IMG/VR virus record: IMGVR_UViG_3300042997_001979
Span: 1 to 36,909 of that record
From: a virus
Lineage: Duplodnaviria > Caudoviricetes
Strand: one strand, 5' to 3'
Length of the DNA stretch: 36,909 nt
Positions 35,767-36,909 of the stretch are shown here, piece after piece. The translations under genes and the position numbers were made by a program. The number at the start of each line of letters is the position of its first letter. The first letter of the stretch is position 1. Below the pieces are notes generated by a model. That model did not search any database. It was not told the origin of the DNA and worked only from the letters and a program-made list of their open reading frames with translations.

Positions 35767-36909
35767 ATGCCGGTAGATTTTTTTGATGATGGTCCAACTA
35801 CCAATCCTAAAAAAACAAGGAAAGGTTCAAACACACCAATTTTAGATAACTTCTCAAGAGATTTAGTTAAACTTGCTGAAGAAGGTAAAATTGATCCAAT
35901 TATTGGAAGAGATAAAGAAGTAAAAAGAATTGCACAAATTCTTTCTCGTAAAAAGAAAAACAATGCCGTTATTGTTGGCGAAGCCGGAGTTGGTAAATCT
36001 GCGCTTGTCGAAAAACTCGCATTAATGATTCTTAAAGGTGATTGTCCAACAAATCTTTTAGACAAAAGAATTATGTCATTAGATTTAACATCATTAGTTG
36101 CGGGTACAAAATATCGCGGACAATTTGAGGAACGTATAAAAGCAATTTTAACTGAGTTACAAGAAGCGCCAAATGTTATTGTCTTTATAGATGAACTACA
36201 TACTATGGTAGGTGCAGGTAATGCAAGCGGCTCAATGGATGCTGCAAATATTTTAAAACCTGCTCTCGCGCGCGGAGAAATACAATGTATTGGTGCGACA
36301 ACTTTAGATGAATACAAAAAAAGCATTGAAAAGGATGCTGCATTAGTAAGGAGATTCCAAAAGATTATATTAGATGAACCAACCGCAACTGAAACGGTAG
36401 AAATTTTAAAAAACTTAAAAGACTCTTACGAATCATTCCATAAAGTAATTTATGAGGATGGTGTAATTGATACTATTGTTAAATTATCAAACCGATACAT
36501 AACCGATAGACAATTTCCAGATAAAGCAATTGACGTTTTAGACGAGTTAGGTTCAGAAAAAAGAGTTTCGAGTAGAATCCCCGAATCAATTGAAAAATTA
36601 AAAAAACAAATTGATGAAATTAAGGATAGAAAATTACAAGTTGTAAAACAACAAATTTATGAGCAAGCTGCGAAACTTCGTGACGAAGAAAAAAAATTAA
36701 TGGATAAACTTGATAAGGAAAAATTATCATGGGCAGATAAACAAAAAGATAATAAAATCCCAATTTCAATAGACGACGTTTACGAAATTATTTCACAGAT
36801 AACTGGTGTTCCGATTACTAAACTAGATAGTAAAGAGACGCAAAAATTATTGAACATGGAAAAAATCTTATCTGCTAAAGTTATCGGACAAGACGACGCC
36901 ATAACATCA
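35767..36909 (+). CDS. clpC: ClpC/ClpB-family AAA+ chaperone lacking Clp-N domain (partial, runs off right edge; missing from ORF track)
   Basis: MPVDFFDD..TPILDNFSRDL..DPIIGRDKE..GEAGVGKS..AGTKYRGQFEER..FIDELH..RQFPDKAID. A short UVR-like middle domain (YEQAAKLRDEE) indicates ClpC type. Confidence 0.9.
   Translation, partial: MPVDFFDDGPTTNPKKTRKGSNTPILDNFSRDLVKLAEEGKIDPIIGRDKEVKRIAQILSRKKKNNAVIVGEAGVGKSALVEKLALMILKGDCPTNLLDKRIMSLDLTSLVAGTKYRGQFEERIKAILTELQEAPNVIVFIDELHTMVGAGNASGSMDAANILKPALARGEIQCIGATTLDEYKKSIEKDAALVRRFQKIILDEPTATETVEILKNLKDSYESFHKVIYEDGVIDTIVKLSNRYITDRQFPDKAIDVLDELGSEKRVSSRIPESIEKLKKQIDEIKDRKLQVVKQQIYEQAAKLRDEEKKLMDKLDKEKLSWADKQKDNKIPISIDDVYEIISQITGVPITKLDSKETQKLLNMEKILSAKVIGQDDAITS

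Noticed and set aside
2647-36326. Numerous opposite-strand or alternate-frame ORFs in the track (e.g. 2647-3093, 8133-8780, 23305-24297, 33268-33585, 35748-36326)
   Set aside because: They overlap well-supported genes and show the Ser/Phe/Leu-rich composition typical of antisense shadows.
1-36909. Stop-codon reassignment as seen in some huge phages
   Set aside because: Core genes are full length in code 11, and TAG/TGA end genes at sensible points (5795, 8730, 9505, 34625).
1-36909. tRNA, rRNA or integrase/transposase genes
   Set aside because: Intergenic gaps are short and AT-rich; no cloverleaf or recombinase motifs were recognised by eye.

Overview
AT-rich, gene-dense segment of a large (jumbo/huge) T4-like tailed phage genome in standard genetic code, probably infecting Bacteroidota. 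Host clues: a Flavobacterium-type bS21, TAnnTTTG promoter boxes, no Shine-Dalgarno sites and a DUF4494-like gene. The right half is a minus-strand head module: large terminase, portal, hypothetical, antisense ribosomal protein bS21, hypothetical, prohead protease, scaffold and major capsid protein. It is preceded by a nucleotidyltransferase, two KTSC proteins and Hsp20, which is divergent from an N-domain-less ClpC running off the right edge. The left half is mostly plus strand: a 5x38-aa repeat protein, a WYL protein, an acetyltransferase, three glycosyltransferases, dUTPase, PhoH, a gp55-like sigma factor, baseplate-type genes, basic modular proteins and a flavodoxin-like protein. A Pro/Thr-repeat protein on the minus strand runs off the left edge. 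Most notable unexplained patterns: (1) recurring short amphipathic peptide tags and (L/I/V)-x-E sites on unrelated proteins, suggesting a capsid cargo-loading and processing system; (2) a TATTTAT(A/T) motif upstream of about 15 genes, the reverse complement of the T4 late promoter; (3) a sigma54-type promoter with paired operators upstream of hsp20; (4) a palindrome shared by the stop regions of bS21 and its convergent neighbour. All product calls come from motif recognition by eye, with no database searches.
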